Virus record (IMG/VR): IMGVR_UViG_3300045988_092680
From: a virus
Length of the DNA: 37,839 bases
Strand: one strand, 5' to 3'
Shown one piece after another: positions 9,480 to 20,373 of the stretch (the first letter of the stretch is position 1; each line of letters begins with the position of its first letter). The position numbers and the translations under genes are program-made. Below the pieces are notes generated by a model. It did no database searches. It was not told the DNA's origin and worked only from the letters and a program-made list of their open reading frames with translations.

Positions 9480-9977
9480 ATGAGTAAACCGTTAGTAAGT
9501 AATCGTGTGCTTGTTATCGACGATAAAAAAGGCACAGGAGACAAAGAAAATTATGTTAGGGTTGGTAAAGGTTTTACAAACTTTACAAAAGCTAGTAACT
9601 CCACTATCGACCAAAAATTCTATATTGACGAAGCTGGTAAAGGAACATCTAGTAAAACAGGTATGCAAACTATTTATTCTTTAACTGGAGATAGAATTAA
9701 AGGAGATCCAGCTAACGATTTCATAGCTGGTTGCTACGATAAAATGGGCGACGACGTTATCACTACTGCTATTCAGTATGACGAATACGAACCAGTAGCT
9801 GAAAATGCTGGCTCATTTAAAGCTAAAAAGTTTGAATGTATGGTTAATTGTACTAACGACGGTTCTGGAGACGGTGGTGCTGTATTAGCTGTTGAAGCTG
9901 AAATACACCAAAACGGACAAGAAATCGAGGGTTCTTACAATCCTGGCACTAAAACATTCACTGCTGATAGTGAATAA
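9480..9977 (+). CDS. Major tail protein
   Basis: 165 aa, directly upstream of the chaperone pair and tape measure. Confidence 0.7.
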   Translation: MSKPLVSNRVLVIDDKKGTGDKENYVRVGKGFTNFTKASNSTIDQKFYIDEAGKGTSSKTGMQTIYSLTGDRIKGDPANDFIAGCYDKMGDDVITTAIQYDEYEPVAENAGSFKAKKFECMVNCTNDGSGDGGAVLAVEAEIHQNGQEIEGSYNPGTKTFTADSE

Positions 9978-10000
9978 TTAAAAAATATGGAGGAAAAAAT

Positions 10001-10414
10001 ATGGAAAATGAAAAAATAAATGCTGTGAATTCAGTACCTTTTGTAGATAACGTTATAGAAATAACGCTTCCCGAAACTACAAAAAAACTAAAAATCGACG
10101 GTAAAACCTATCTTTTTAATACTGATAGTATAGAATTACTTAGAGAAATAGAAAGAATCGGAGAAGAAGTTAAAAAAATTGATTCTTCTAATATGAAAGA
10201 AGAACAGAAATTAACATCTACTTTAGAAAAATGTAAACACGGTATTGATCTAGCTTTAGGAAGCGGAACTTTTGTTGAACTCTTTGGAGATAATATGGAC
10301 TCTTATATGCGTCCTCTCTATCTATTAAGTCAGTTAATCGTTATCTGTCGTGAAGCAACTAAAGACGTAGTTGCATTTGAGTATTCTTCTGAAAGAGCCA
10401 GTAATCGAAAATGA
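10001..10414 (+). CDS. Tail assembly chaperone
   Basis: Position between the major tail protein and the tape measure. Confidence 0.55.
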   Translation: MENEKINAVNSVPFVDNVIEITLPETTKKLKIDGKTYLFNTDSIELLREIERIGEEVKKIDSSNMKEEQKLTSTLEKCKHGIDLALGSGTFVELFGDNMDSYMRPLYLLSQLIVICREATKDVVAFEYSSERASNRK

Positions 10415-11025
10415 ATGTGTTAATAGAGGGACTACCGAAGACAGTAAAAGTCAACGGTAGTCCTTTTTTGATAAATACAGAATTTTATATAGCTATGATA
10501 TTTGTAGAACTTATGTCAGACAGGTATCTAACGCCGTATGAAAAGATTATGCAATCAATTAAACTATGGTATATAGAAACCCCACCTATCAAAACAAATA
10601 AAGAGATATTAGACGCATTTAATGCTATTATGTGGTTTTATACTATGGGAGAATCTGAAGAAGAAAAAAAACAACAAAGTCAGACTGTAAACAGAATAAG
10701 AGAATCAAATAATCGTATTCTGGATTATGAGGCGGATCAAGCTTATATAGTTAGTGCTTATCAACAACAATATAATATTGATCTTACTGTTGAAAACATA
10801 CATTGGTGGAGATTCAAAATGTTATTTAACGGATTAACAGATAAAACTAAAATTGTAAAAATTATGCAATATCGTAGTATGACTATTGATCCTAAAATGC
10901 CTGAAAATCAAAAAAAGTTTTATCAGGAAATGAAACAACTATATGCTCTACCAGATAATAGAACCGAGGAGGAAAAAGAAAGAGATTTTCAAGATCAACT
11001 TAATATCGCTCTAGGAGGTGGTTAA
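10411..11025 (+). CDS. Tail assembly protein (Gp15-like)
   Basis: ATGA start/stop overlap with the previous ORF; directly upstream of the tape measure. Confidence 0.5.
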   Translation: MNVLIEGLPKTVKVNGSPFLINTEFYIAMIFVELMSDRYLTPYEKIMQSIKLWYIETPPIKTNKEILDAFNAIMWFYTMGESEEEKKQQSQTVNRIRESNNRILDYEADQAYIVSAYQQQYNIDLTVENIHWWRFKMLFNGLTDKTKIVKIMQYRSMTIDPKMPENQKKFYQEMKQLYALPDNRTEEEKERDFQDQLNIALGGG

Positions 11026-11027
11026 AA

Positions 11028-13367
11028 ATGGCTAGACAAGCGGACGGAAGTATCGTTATAGACACCAAAATAGACGACGCTAAGTTAAAAAAAGGAATAA
11101 GCAATATTGGAACAAGTCTTAAAGGAATAACTAAACTTGTAGCCACTGCTTTTTCTGTTAAAGTCATTTATAATTTTACTAAAGCCTGTATTCAAGCTGC
11201 TTCCGACTTGGAGGAAGTACAGAATGTTGTTGACGTAGTATTTGGAGAAAGTTCCGAGATTATAAATAACTTTGCTAAAAATGCTGTTAAGAGCTTAGGA
11301 TTAAGTGAATTATCAGCTAAACAATATGCTTCCACAATGGGAGCTATGTTAAAAAGTATGAAATTATCAGACAAACAAGTATTAACAATGTCTCAAAATC
11401 TTACCGCTTTAGCTGGAGATATGGCTTCATTTTATAATATTAGCGGAGACGAGGCGTTTACTAAACTTAGAGCTGGTATTTCAGGAGAAACTGAGCCATT
11501 GAAACAATTAGGTATAAACCTTAATGTTGCTAACTTGGAGGCTTACGCTTTATCTAAAGGTATTGATAAGTCATTCAATTCAATGTCTCAGGCGGAACAA
11601 GCAATTATAAGATATAATTACTTACTTGATGTTACTAAAGACGCTCAAGGAGACTTCTCTAGGACATCAGGAAACTGGGCTAACCAGGTAAGAGTATTAT
11701 CAGAACAATGGAATACTTTTAAAAGTGTTTTAGGAAGTTCTTTTATTCAAGTATTAACCCCTATAATTCAAGCTTTAAATAAAATAATGGAAAAACTTAT
11801 TCTAGCCGGTAAGTATTTTCAAAGATTCGTTTATATGCTAACTGGTGTTAAGCCAGAAACAAACGGAGCTACAAAAGCTGTTGAGGGATTAGGTGGTAGT
11901 TTGGACGACGCCACTGATAAGGCTAAAAAAACTAAAAAAGCATTACAAGGATTGCAAGGATTCGATAAATTAAATGTATTAGATAGTGATTCAGATAGTG
12001 ATAGCGATTCGTCTGGCGGTGCTTCTGGAATGAGTATAGACGATCCGTATGACTTTTCTGACGCAATTACTGCTACTGACGCCTTAGACGGAGCATTTGA
12101 GGAAATTGATAATAAATTGAAACGAATAAAAGATGTCTTTAAAAGTGTTTGGGACAGTGCTATAGTTCAATCATTTGTATATGCTGTTAAGTCATATATT
12201 CAATATATTTACGATTTTGTTGTATCTATGGGCGAAGCATTATGGGAAAATATGCAATTAACCTGGGAAAACATTAGATTAGACGTTGAAACTATGCTTT
12301 CAAACATTACTGAATTATGGACTACTTTTTGGACTGACTTAGGAGATACAATTAACGAATATTCTCAGCCAATTATAGAGGGAATGACTGAGTTATTTAA
12401 TTCTGTATGGACTGAAGCAATAGATCCTTTAATAAAAACTCTTACTAAAGCTTGGTCTGATTTTACTGGTATTCTATTAGAACTATGGAATAAGTATGGT
12501 AAAGATATATTAGACGGTATTGGAGAGTTCGTTACTAATACTATTGATCTATTTCAATCTATATGGGACAACGTACTAGAGCCAATAATAACGCCGTTTT
12601 TAGAGACTTTGTCTTGGCTATGGGACAAACATATAAGTAAAATGGTTAAGGCTATCGGGGAGTTCTTAGCAACTGTTATAGATTGTGCTTTACAATTATA
12701 TAACAAGTTTATAAAACCTATTGTTTCTTGGTTATTAGAAAAATTAGCTCCAGCTTGGTCTTTCTTAAGCAGCACTGTTATAGGAATTGTTGGTACTATT
12801 GTTGGTACCATAAGCGATTTGGTAACGGGTATTACAAAAATATTAACAGGAATAATCAAGTTTATTACTGGAATATTCACTGGCGATTGGAAGAAAGCCT
12901 GGGAGGGTGTTAAATCTATATTTACTGGAATATGGGATTCTCTATCTGGAGTTGTAAAAGGTGTTCTTAATGTAATTATTGATGTATTGAATGGTTTTAT
13001 TTCAGGTATCAATAAAATCAGCTTTGATGTTCCCGATTGGGTTCCTATTATAGGCGGTAAAAAATGGGGCTTTGATATTCCTAAAATAAAGAAATTTGAA
13101 AACGGAGGCGTTTTATTCAAAGAAACAGTTGGTGTTATGGCTGAATACGATAACGCACGATTCAATCCAGAAATCGTATCTAAAGAAAGTGAAATGGCTA
13201 AAGTATTTGACGGTGTAATGAGTAAATGGGTAAATAAAATAAATAGTGGTTCAGGTAAAATGACTGGAACGCTAAGATTAGTAGATTCTAACGGAGCTAC
13301 GTTAGGAAAAGTTGTAGTTGACGCAATCGACGCTTATAGCGACGAATTAGGCTACAACCCACTATAG
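11028..13367 (+). CDS. Tape measure protein
   Basis: 779 aa, helical repeats, DSDSDSDS linker, hydrophobic GxxxG-rich C-terminal half. Confidence 0.9.
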   Translation: MARQADGSIVIDTKIDDAKLKKGISNIGTSLKGITKLVATAFSVKVIYNFTKACIQAASDLEEVQNVVDVVFGESSEIINNFAKNAVKSLGLSELSAKQYASTMGAMLKSMKLSDKQVLTMSQNLTALAGDMASFYNISGDEAFTKLRAGISGETEPLKQLGINLNVANLEAYALSKGIDKSFNSMSQAEQAIIRYNYLLDVTKDAQGDFSRTSGNWANQVRVLSEQWNTFKSVLGSSFIQVLTPIIQALNKIMEKLILAGKYFQRFVYMLTGVKPETNGATKAVEGLGGSLDDATDKAKKTKKALQGLQGFDKLNVLDSDSDSDSDSSGGASGMSIDDPYDFSDAITATDALDGAFEEIDNKLKRIKDVFKSVWDSAIVQSFVYAVKSYIQYIYDFVVSMGEALWENMQLTWENIRLDVETMLSNITELWTTFWTDLGDTINEYSQPIIEGMTELFNSVWTEAIDPLIKTLTKAWSDFTGILLELWNKYGKDILDGIGEFVTNTIDLFQSIWDNVLEPIITPFLETLSWLWDKHISKMVKAIGEFLATVIDCALQLYNKFIKPIVSWLLEKLAPAWSFLSSTVIGIVGTIVGTISDLVTGITKILTGIIKFITGIFTGDWKKAWEGVKSIFTGIWDSLSGVVKGVLNVIIDVLNGFISGINKISFDVPDWVPIIGGKKWGFDIPKIKKFENGGVLFKETVGVMAEYDNARFNPEIVSKESEMAKVFDGVMSKWVNKINSGSGKMTGTLRLVDSNGATLGKVVVDAIDAYSDELGYNPL

Positions 13368-13377
13368 GAGGTGCAAT

Positions 13378-13824
13378 ATGAATACAGATAATGAAATATT
13401 AAAGCAAGTCCTAAATTCTATTACTTTTGAGCCTATCAATTCTCTTTGTTATATAGAATACAAAGGACAATTTGTAAAGGTACCGAAAGTTATAAATGTA
13501 GCTCCTATCTTAAATCCTGTTGAAAGTTCAGCCGAACGTAACGCTGAAGCTGATCTAACAACTTATGAAGTTGCTAGAGTTCCAGACTTAGAGGTTTCTA
13601 TTGGTTCTACTACTTACCTTGAAATAATATTGATTCTAAATATGGTAAAGAAAAAACCATTCAAGGTAAAATGGTACAACTTAGAACAAGGACAATACTA
13701 CATAAATGATTATTACTGTCCTGGAATTAGAACACCCCATAAATCTACTAAAGACGGTTGTCAGGAATTAACATTTCAGTTAATAGCATATAGAGACGTC
13801 GAAAGAGGTCGATATAATGAATAA
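13378..13824 (+). CDS. Distal tail protein-like tail component
   Basis: Position after the tape measure; short for a typical Dit. Confidence 0.45.
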   Translation: MNTDNEILKQVLNSITFEPINSLCYIEYKGQFVKVPKVINVAPILNPVESSAERNAEADLTTYEVARVPDLEVSIGSTTYLEIILILNMVKKKPFKVKWYNLEQGQYYINDYYCPGIRTPHKSTKDGCQELTFQLIAYRDVERGRYNE

Positions 13825-15889
13825 CGAATATTTTAATAGGTTATCTCAATCAATTAAAGCCTATATTAGATATATTGAAAAAGTAAACCCCACCGAGATT
13901 GACGGTGGGTTTGCTAATTCTACTTATGTAGTGCAACCTATCGACGGAGGTAACGCTCCAGATATAGATCGTACGGAAATTGACGGCGGTGTTGCTAGTG
14001 GATTTTATGATTATATAAATATAAGATCTGAAACTGATTTGCAAGAAATAGAAGTAAACGATAATTTAGATAAAATATTTGGCTGTTTCAACGCAAGAAC
14101 TGCAAGAATCAAGATTATGAATCCTATTTCTAATGGGAATTATAAATATTCCCTAGCTGATAAAGATATAGAAATATTTATGGGTTATAAAGAAAATGAT
14201 GTTGTTAATTATTCTTCTTTAGGAACATTTAGAGTAAAGCAAACTGATAGTGAAACGGTAGGAATTCAAACAGAATTTAATTTACAAGATAGATCCTTTA
14301 TTTTTGATAAAGAATGTAATCTTAATTTTAACTACCCCTGCACTAGATTATCTGTAGTACAAACTATATGTGATTATTTAGGAATAGAATTAGCTACAAC
14401 TAACTTTTGGTGTTCTGAAGCAATACTTACAAAACAATTTTATACAAAAGGTGCAACTTTCAGAGAAGTAATAAGAATTATTGCTGAATCTTGTTTATGT
14501 TTTGCCAAAGTAGCCGAAGACGATAAATTGCATATTCAATTTTTCGAGAAAAGCGATTATAAATTAAAACCACGTGTTTATAAGAAACTTAATGTTGAAG
14601 ATTGTTTCGGTTATGTTAATAGAGTTGTTTTAACAGAAACTGACGAAAGCGGTTCTACTGACTATGATGTTATTATAGCTGAAGACGAAGAAAGCATAAA
14701 AAAATTCGGATTAACAGAAGTTAAAATTTCTAATAATTTGATTCTTAATGAAGACAGAGAAAAATACGCTCCTCTACTACTAGGTCAACTAATAGGATTC
14801 AGATACTTTCCTTTTGCTGCTGAAATGGTACTAGGAAATTATAAATTAAACCATTCTATTATTGATATTGTTGATAGAGACGGAAGTATAAAACCAAGTA
14901 TTATTATGAATCTAAATATAAGGTATAATGGTGCATTAAAAACCAACATTTCTTCTCCTGCAAAAAGCAAAACAAAACAAGAATATAAAGGTGCTGGAAA
15001 AGTTGGAGAGCAAATAAAAAATGTATGGTTAAACGTTGATAAAATTAAAGGTATAATTACATCTTTAAACGAAGAAATAACAGAACAAGGAACTAGATTA
15101 ACTAAAATAGAACAATCTTCTACCGAAGTTAAAACAATTATTTCTCAAACAGGTAGTGATAACTTAATAAAAAACAGTGTTGGATTTGCTTGGGAAACAA
15201 TAGATAGTAATAATGTTCCGAAGTTTTGGACTTTGCTTTCTGGAAGTATTGATTATATCGAAAATGACTTTACTAGAATAAATACTCTAGCGAATCGTGG
15301 TTGGTTAATTAAAACTGGTTCAATAGAACAAGAAATAGCTGTTACTACTGGCAATGTTTATACATTGTCATTTATAGCAAATAAACTTAAAACTATAGGT
15401 ACTGCTAAAGTAATGATTGAAAATGGTACGAAAGTAACTGTTTACGATCAAACTAAAGAAAATGGATCTTATAATTATTCGTTTATAGCTCAAGGTAATT
15501 CAATTAAAGTAATACTAGAAGCTACATCAACAGAAATGTTAATAAGTGATTTGATTTTAAATACTGGTAATAGTCCTCAACAATGGAAACAAGCTAGTGG
15601 CGAGTTATATACTTCCGAAGTATTAGTTGATATTGACGGTATGCTTATTAAAAATAGTGTTTATTCTGGTTATACAATTATTAGCCCTAGTGAGTTTGCT
15701 GGTTATTATTTAGTAAATGGAAGAATGATAAAAGTATTTACTTTAAATAAAGATACTACCGAAGTTAATAAATTATGGGCGTATCAAAGTATAGAAATTG
15801 GAGATACATCTGTTAATGACGTAAAAACTATGTTTGTAGCTGTTAAAGAGGGCTTAGACATAGTGTTAGTTGATAAGGAGGCGGTATAA
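13817..15889 (+). CDS. Tail-associated (Tal / prophage endopeptidase-tail-like) structural protein
   Basis: 690 aa, position after the Dit-like ORF. Confidence 0.6.
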   Translation: MNNEYFNRLSQSIKAYIRYIEKVNPTEIDGGFANSTYVVQPIDGGNAPDIDRTEIDGGVASGFYDYINIRSETDLQEIEVNDNLDKIFGCFNARTARIKIMNPISNGNYKYSLADKDIEIFMGYKENDVVNYSSLGTFRVKQTDSETVGIQTEFNLQDRSFIFDKECNLNFNYPCTRLSVVQTICDYLGIELATTNFWCSEAILTKQFYTKGATFREVIRIIAESCLCFAKVAEDDKLHIQFFEKSDYKLKPRVYKKLNVEDCFGYVNRVVLTETDESGSTDYDVIIAEDEESIKKFGLTEVKISNNLILNEDREKYAPLLLGQLIGFRYFPFAAEMVLGNYKLNHSIIDIVDRDGSIKPSIIMNLNIRYNGALKTNISSPAKSKTKQEYKGAGKVGEQIKNVWLNVDKIKGIITSLNEEITEQGTRLTKIEQSSTEVKTIISQTGSDNLIKNSVGFAWETIDSNNVPKFWTLLSGSIDYIENDFTRINTLANRGWLIKTGSIEQEIAVTTGNVYTLSFIANKLKTIGTAKVMIENGTKVTVYDQTKENGSYNYSFIAQGNSIKVILEATSTEMLISDLILNTGNSPQQWKQASGELYTSEVLVDIDGMLIKNSVYSGYTIISPSEFAGYYLVNGRMIKVFTLNKDTTEVNKLWAYQSIEIGDTSVNDVKTMFVAVKEGLDIVLVDKEAV

Positions 15890-15890
15890 T

Positions 15891-18014
15891 ATGGCTAGCA
15901 TAAATCCTAGTGTCTTAGATTGTAGAAATAGTCCCCACGTATCGGGTAAAACCGATAATCATTGTCGATTAACAATTACCAATATTACTCAAACAGACGG
16001 AAATCAAAATCAGACAACGGTTAGTTGGAAGATAACTGTTGAGGGAACTCCTTATTCATACTTGTATGCTTTATATGTTTCTTTGGGTGGCGTTACATTA
16101 TACGATCACCATACTGGAGGAGCAATCTTAACTAGCTGGAGAGCTGGAGACGTTATTGCAAGCGGTACTACTACTTTTAATAATAACAATGACGGTTCTT
16201 TAACTTTATCAGCATATATTAAGCAAATGTTCTATTACGGAAATGGAGATACGTCTAGGTGGTATAATCCTAATATGTATCAAGATAATTCTACTAATAT
16301 GGTATGTTCTTCTATTCCTCGTGCTAGTTCTATAAGTTCTAGTGCTGATTTTGTTAAAGGAGACGCAACTACAATAACTGTTAATAGAGCTCATTCTAAT
16401 TTTACACATACCATTGATATATATGTTGGATCTACTTTGATAAAATCTATAACAGGTGTAGGAACTAGTACAACTTGGACTCCAAGTAAATCTGAAGTTG
16501 AAACTATGCTTAATGCTGGTACATCTTCTACCATTTATTGTACGACTTATAATGGAAGTACAAAAATTGCTAATGCTACTTCTCGTTCAGGAACAGCATA
16601 TAATCCTACTTTAAGTACAATAAAAGATACACCTAATATAACTTTAGGAAGTTCTATAACTGTTAATGTAAATAGAAATAAAGATTTTTATACACATAGT
16701 TTAAAGGTTAAAGTTGGATCTACGTTAATAAAAACAATAAATGATATATCAACAAGTACAACTTTAAGCTTTACTCAGGCTGAAATAAATACAATTTACG
16801 GATTAGTAAAGAATAGTCCTACTGCTACTTTAAATTTGGAATGTATTACTTATATTCGTGGTGCAAGTGCTGGATCAACACCTAAATCAGGTACACTAAC
16901 AATTTCTAGTTCTGGAAATGAGCCAACCTTTACAGATTGGACTTATAAAGGAACTAACGCTACTGCTAATACTATTTTAGGTACTAATCAAGTTCTGATT
17001 CAAAACTATAATGGTATTGAAATAACCTGTTCTAAAGCCGTAGGAAAAAATGAAGCAACGATTGTTAAGTATCAAGCTATTATAAATGGTTTGATATTTG
17101 AAACAACAGACCTTACTAATAGAAAAATAACTATATCTAATCTAAACTTATCAGGAGCCAATACTTGTCAAGTTAGAGCTATTGATAGTAGAGGTTTTAT
17201 CACAACAGTAACTAAGTCAATTACATTTATTGCTTATTCTGTTCCTGAAATACCTACTATCAATATGAAAAGAAAAAATAATTATGACACAGAAGTAACT
17301 CTTGCTCTAATTGGTAATTTTAGTAGATTATTCTATAATAATGAGGTAAAAAATGATGTATTGAATTTCAAATATAGATATAAGAAAACATCAGATACTA
17401 ATTATAACAATTGGGTTGATATTCCTACATCACTAATTCCTAATACTAAAAAGAATTATTATATTGATTATACTAAGGGAGAGGTTGGATTAAGTGCTAC
17501 TGTTATAGGAGATTTTGATATTGAAGATACATATACTTTTCAATTTCAATTAAAAGATAAACTAAACGACTTATCTTTTACAGCAATATTAGTAAATGGT
17601 ATTCCACTTATAGCTTTAAGAAAAGGAAAAGTTGGTATAAACTGTGTTCCTAAATCTGATGGAACAAATGGATTATATGTAAACAATGCCGAACTTAATA
17701 TACTAAATGCTGAATCTGTTAAAAGTCCTACGCTATTAAATGGCTGGACTAAATACGGTGGCGATTATGATACTGCTGGTTACTATAAAGACAAAGACAG
17801 AGTTTTTTTACAGGGACTTATAAAAGGAGGAACTGTTGGAGCTGTTGCTTTTACTCTGCCAGTTGGTTATAGACCGGCTAAAAGAAAAATATTTGTTGTA
17901 AATGCTAATAACACTTTTGGTCGAGTTGATGTTTTAAGTAATGGAAATGTCTATATTGACGCTATGTGTTCTAATAACTATGTTAGCTTAGAAAACATAA
18001 ATTTTAGAATTTAA
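15891..18014 (+). CDS. Tail fibre / receptor-binding-like structural protein with internal ~90-aa tandem domain duplication
   Basis: ATG at 15891 has an AAGGAGG SD 9 nt upstream (ORF opens at 15870). Repeats ...ITVNRAHSNFTHTIDIYVGSTLIKSI... and ...ITVNVNRNKDFYTHSLKVKVGSTLIKTI... Confidence 0.55.
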   Translation: MASINPSVLDCRNSPHVSGKTDNHCRLTITNITQTDGNQNQTTVSWKITVEGTPYSYLYALYVSLGGVTLYDHHTGGAILTSWRAGDVIASGTTTFNNNNDGSLTLSAYIKQMFYYGNGDTSRWYNPNMYQDNSTNMVCSSIPRASSISSSADFVKGDATTITVNRAHSNFTHTIDIYVGSTLIKSITGVGTSTTWTPSKSEVETMLNAGTSSTIYCTTYNGSTKIANATSRSGTAYNPTLSTIKDTPNITLGSSITVNVNRNKDFYTHSLKVKVGSTLIKTINDISTSTTLSFTQAEINTIYGLVKNSPTATLNLECITYIRGASAGSTPKSGTLTISSSGNEPTFTDWTYKGTNATANTILGTNQVLIQNYNGIEITCSKAVGKNEATIVKYQAIINGLIFETTDLTNRKITISNLNLSGANTCQVRAIDSRGFITTVTKSITFIAYSVPEIPTINMKRKNNYDTEVTLALIGNFSRLFYNNEVKNDVLNFKYRYKKTSDTNYNNWVDIPTSLIPNTKKNYYIDYTKGEVGLSATVIGDFDIEDTYTFQFQLKDKLNDLSFTAILVNGIPLIALRKGKVGINCVPKSDGTNGLYVNNAELNILNAESVKSPTLLNGWTKYGGDYDTAGYYKDKDRVFLQGLIKGGTVGAVAFTLPVGYRPAKRKIFVVNANNTFGRVDVLSNGNVYIDAMCSNNYVSLENINFRI

Positions 18015-18026
18015 GGAGGAATAAAC

Positions 18027-18338
18027 TTGGAAATGGTAATACAATGGTTAGTTCCTACTATATTAACTGCCTTAAGTGGTTATTTAGTAAAAGAACTCAA
18101 AGAAAATAAAAAAAGTAATACAGCCATTAAAGATAGTATGGTTTTATTATTGAGAAGTCAAATAACTGGTAAAATAGAAAAATATATGGAACTTGGTTAT
18201 TTACCTGATTACGCTAGATCCTGCATAGAAGACTTATTTACACAATATAAGTCTTTAGGTGGAAATCACGGCGTAGATCTATTAGTTAATCAATGTTTTA
18301 ATCTACCACCAGTTAATGTAAATAAAGGAGGAAAATAA
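18027..18338 (+). CDS. Membrane protein, holin-like (TTG start)
   Basis: N-terminal TM helix VIQWLVPTILTALSGYLV; AAGGAGGA 6 nt before TTG. Confidence 0.5.
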   Translation: MEMVIQWLVPTILTALSGYLVKELKENKKSNTAIKDSMVLLLRSQITGKIEKYMELGYLPDYARSCIEDLFTQYKSLGGNHGVDLLVNQCFNLPPVNVNKGGK

Positions 18339-18339
18339 A

Positions 18340-18537
18340 ATGAAAGAAAAAATTAGTAAATTGATTGATGTTAAATCTATTGCAACACTGACATTGTTAT
18401 TGACTTTAGAAATCATTACTATTATGGTTTTTTTTAAAGGAAATATGGATTTGATTCAGTTAGTATTCACTTTATTTAGCAACATTGTAACAATGGTATT
18501 TACGTATTTTTTTACAAAGAAAAAAGATACAGAATAG
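18340..18537 (+). CDS. Holin
   Basis: 65 aa, two hydrophobic helices, charged C-terminus KKKDTE. Confidence 0.6.
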   Translation: MKEKISKLIDVKSIATLTLLLTLEIITIMVFFKGNMDLIQLVFTLFSNIVTMVFTYFFTKKKDTE

Positions 18538-18549
18538 GAGGAAATAATT

Positions 18550-20310
18550 ATGGCACAAATAATTAGAACTCGTAGAGATATAAAAACGAACTGGGAAACT
18601 GAAAACCCAGTTCTAGCTCTAGGAGAACAAGGCTACGAAACTGATACAGGAAAATTAAAATTTGGCGACGGTAATACTAGCTGGAATAACCTACCATATT
18701 TTAGAGGAGCTTTAACAGAAGAATTAGAAGAAAAATTAGATTCTGTACCAACTCCTAGTAATATAGTAGTAATAGAAAATATATCAAGCTTGTTTAAGTC
18801 TGTTTCATATAACAGTGCTAACGGAGTTTTGACTTTTACACAATATAATGATACAATAGTTACTGTCGATTTGCCACTAGAGTTAATAGTTAGTAGCGGA
18901 CATTATGATAGCGATACTAAGAGTATTATACTCGTTCTCGCTAATCAAGAAACTATCACTATTCCTGTTAGTGATCTAGTTAATGAGTATTATGCTGATA
19001 ACACTACGTTAGAATTAAAACAAGTCAACGGAAAGTTGACTTTTAATGTAAAAGACGGTGTTTTTGTAAAAGCTCAAACTGGTAAAGGATTATCGACTAA
19101 TGATTATTCAACTTTGGAAAAAAATAAGTTAGCTGGAATAGCATCAGGAGCACAAGTTAATAAGGTTGAAAAAATACTTATTAACGGTGTGGAACAATCT
19201 ATAACAGATAAAACAGTAAATCTCGAAGTGAAAACAACCTCAAATAAGATATACGGTATAAAAAGATCGTTATCTTCTAATACATCTTCAGCTTGGGAAA
19301 GAACAGACGATTCAGTTGGATTGGTAGCTAATGCAACTAAAGACGGTAGTTCTGTTGTTAATAATTTTGATAGTATCTACCCTTGGTCTGATATTATTAC
19401 ATACAATTATGATACTCAAGCTAAAGCAATAACCGCTTATTATGGAGAACCTACTTTTAAGTTTGACGGTTCTAATGGCGAAGTATTAACTAGAATACCA
19501 GAATTTTATTATAAGAGATATGTTTCTAACAACGTAGAATATATTCTCATTTCGAGAGAAAAACACGACGGATTCATTAAAAGCGAACAATTTAGTGTTG
19601 GACGTTATACTTATTCAGGTTCAGCCTCAAGAGTGTATAGCCGAAGTGGTTATGAGCCATTTAGAAATTATAATATAACCAATGCTAGAGCTTATGCTAG
19701 GGCTTTAGGAGACGGATTCGGACAACTAGATTGGCATTATTTAATTATTCAGATGTTATATTTGGTAGAGTATGCTAATTATAATTGTCAATCTATGTTA
19801 GGACAAGGTCGTGTTTCAAGTAGTACACCTAACAACAGTGGCGGTTGTGATACCCTAGGTATGAAATCTGGTTGCTTGGGTAATGACGGAACATATTCTG
19901 TAATATATAGAGGTATTGAGGATCCTTACGGAAATATTTGGCAATTTATAGACGGTATAAATGTAAAAGATCACGTTCCGTATGTATGTTATGATTCTAG
20001 TAAGTACGCTGTTGACACATTTGACGGAGCTTATCACGTATTAAATTTCACAATGCCGTCAGCTAATGGCTATGCTTCTAAATTGGGTTATGATTCAAAT
20101 AATCCCCTTATGTCTTTAACAACTGAAGCTTCTGGTAGTTCTACTACTAATATGTGTGATTATTACTATCAGAATGACGGGAATCGTATCGCTCTTGTCG
20201 GCGGTCGTTTTGATTATGGTAGTGCTGCTGGGTTGTGGTTTTGGACTTTTGACAATACTTCGTCTAATACTTATACTTCGTACGGTGCTCGACTTCTTAG
20301 AAACCAGTAA
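18550..20310 (+). CDS. Tail fibre / receptor-binding protein, DGR target (Mtd_N-like N-terminus, C-type-lectin/FGE-like variable tip)
   Basis: N-terminus RRDIKTNWETENPVLALGEQGYETDTGKLKFGDGNTSWNNLPYF; C-terminus ALVGGRFDYGSAAGLWFWTFDNTSSNTYTSYGARLLRNQ*. Confidence 0.85.
   Translation: MAQIIRTRRDIKTNWETENPVLALGEQGYETDTGKLKFGDGNTSWNNLPYFRGALTEELEEKLDSVPTPSNIVVIENISSLFKSVSYNSANGVLTFTQYNDTIVTVDLPLELIVSSGHYDSDTKSIILVLANQETITIPVSDLVNEYYADNTTLELKQVNGKLTFNVKDGVFVKAQTGKGLSTNDYSTLEKNKLAGIASGAQVNKVEKILINGVEQSITDKTVNLEVKTTSNKIYGIKRSLSSNTSSAWERTDDSVGLVANATKDGSSVVNNFDSIYPWSDIITYNYDTQAKAITAYYGEPTFKFDGSNGEVLTRIPEFYYKRYVSNNVEYILISREKHDGFIKSEQFSVGRYTYSGSASRVYSRSGYEPFRNYNITNARAYARALGDGFGQLDWHYLIIQMLYLVEYANYNCQSMLGQGRVSSSTPNNSGGCDTLGMKSGCLGNDGTYSVIYRGIEDPYGNIWQFIDGINVKDHVPYVCYDSSKYAVDTFDGAYHVLNFTMPSANGYASKLGYDSNNPLMSLTTEASGSSTTNMCDYYYQNDGNRIALVGGRFDYGSAAGLWFWTFDNTSSNTYTSYGARLLRNQ
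20191..20298 (+). repeat. DGR variable region (VR0), in frame at the 3' end of the fibre gene
   Basis: Bounded by GCTCTTGTCGGCGGT and GGTGCTCGACTTCTT, blocks shared with four downstream cassettes; only 2 AAY codons. Confidence 0.8.
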
Positions 20311-20373
20311 GTGGGGGTTTGGGGGCGACCAGCCTCCCATAATAAAACTTCTTTTTTACCGACGAAAGTCGGT
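20311..20373 (+). promoter_or_regulatory. G-rich element plus two hairpins downstream of VR0 (IMH/target-recognition-like, or the fibre-gene terminator)
   Basis: gtgggggtttgggggcgaccagcctccca (GC-rich stem 20320-20339) and accgac-GAAA-gtcggt (20358-20373). Confidence 0.4.

Noticed and set aside
10001-11025. Programmed -1 frameshift joining the two tail chaperone ORFs (gpG/gpGT style)
   Set aside because: The two ORFs are joined by an ATGA stop/start overlap, with an independent start for the second ORF. I could not identify a convincing XXXYYYZ slippery heptamer near the end of the first ORF, so separate translation is the simpler reading.
12554-13165. 203-aa antisense ORF, and a 61-aa alternative-frame sense ORF (12728..12913), inside the tape measure gene
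   Set aside because: Both lie entirely within a well-supported long CDS. They have low-complexity hydrophobic translations and no SD, which is typical of shadow ORFs.
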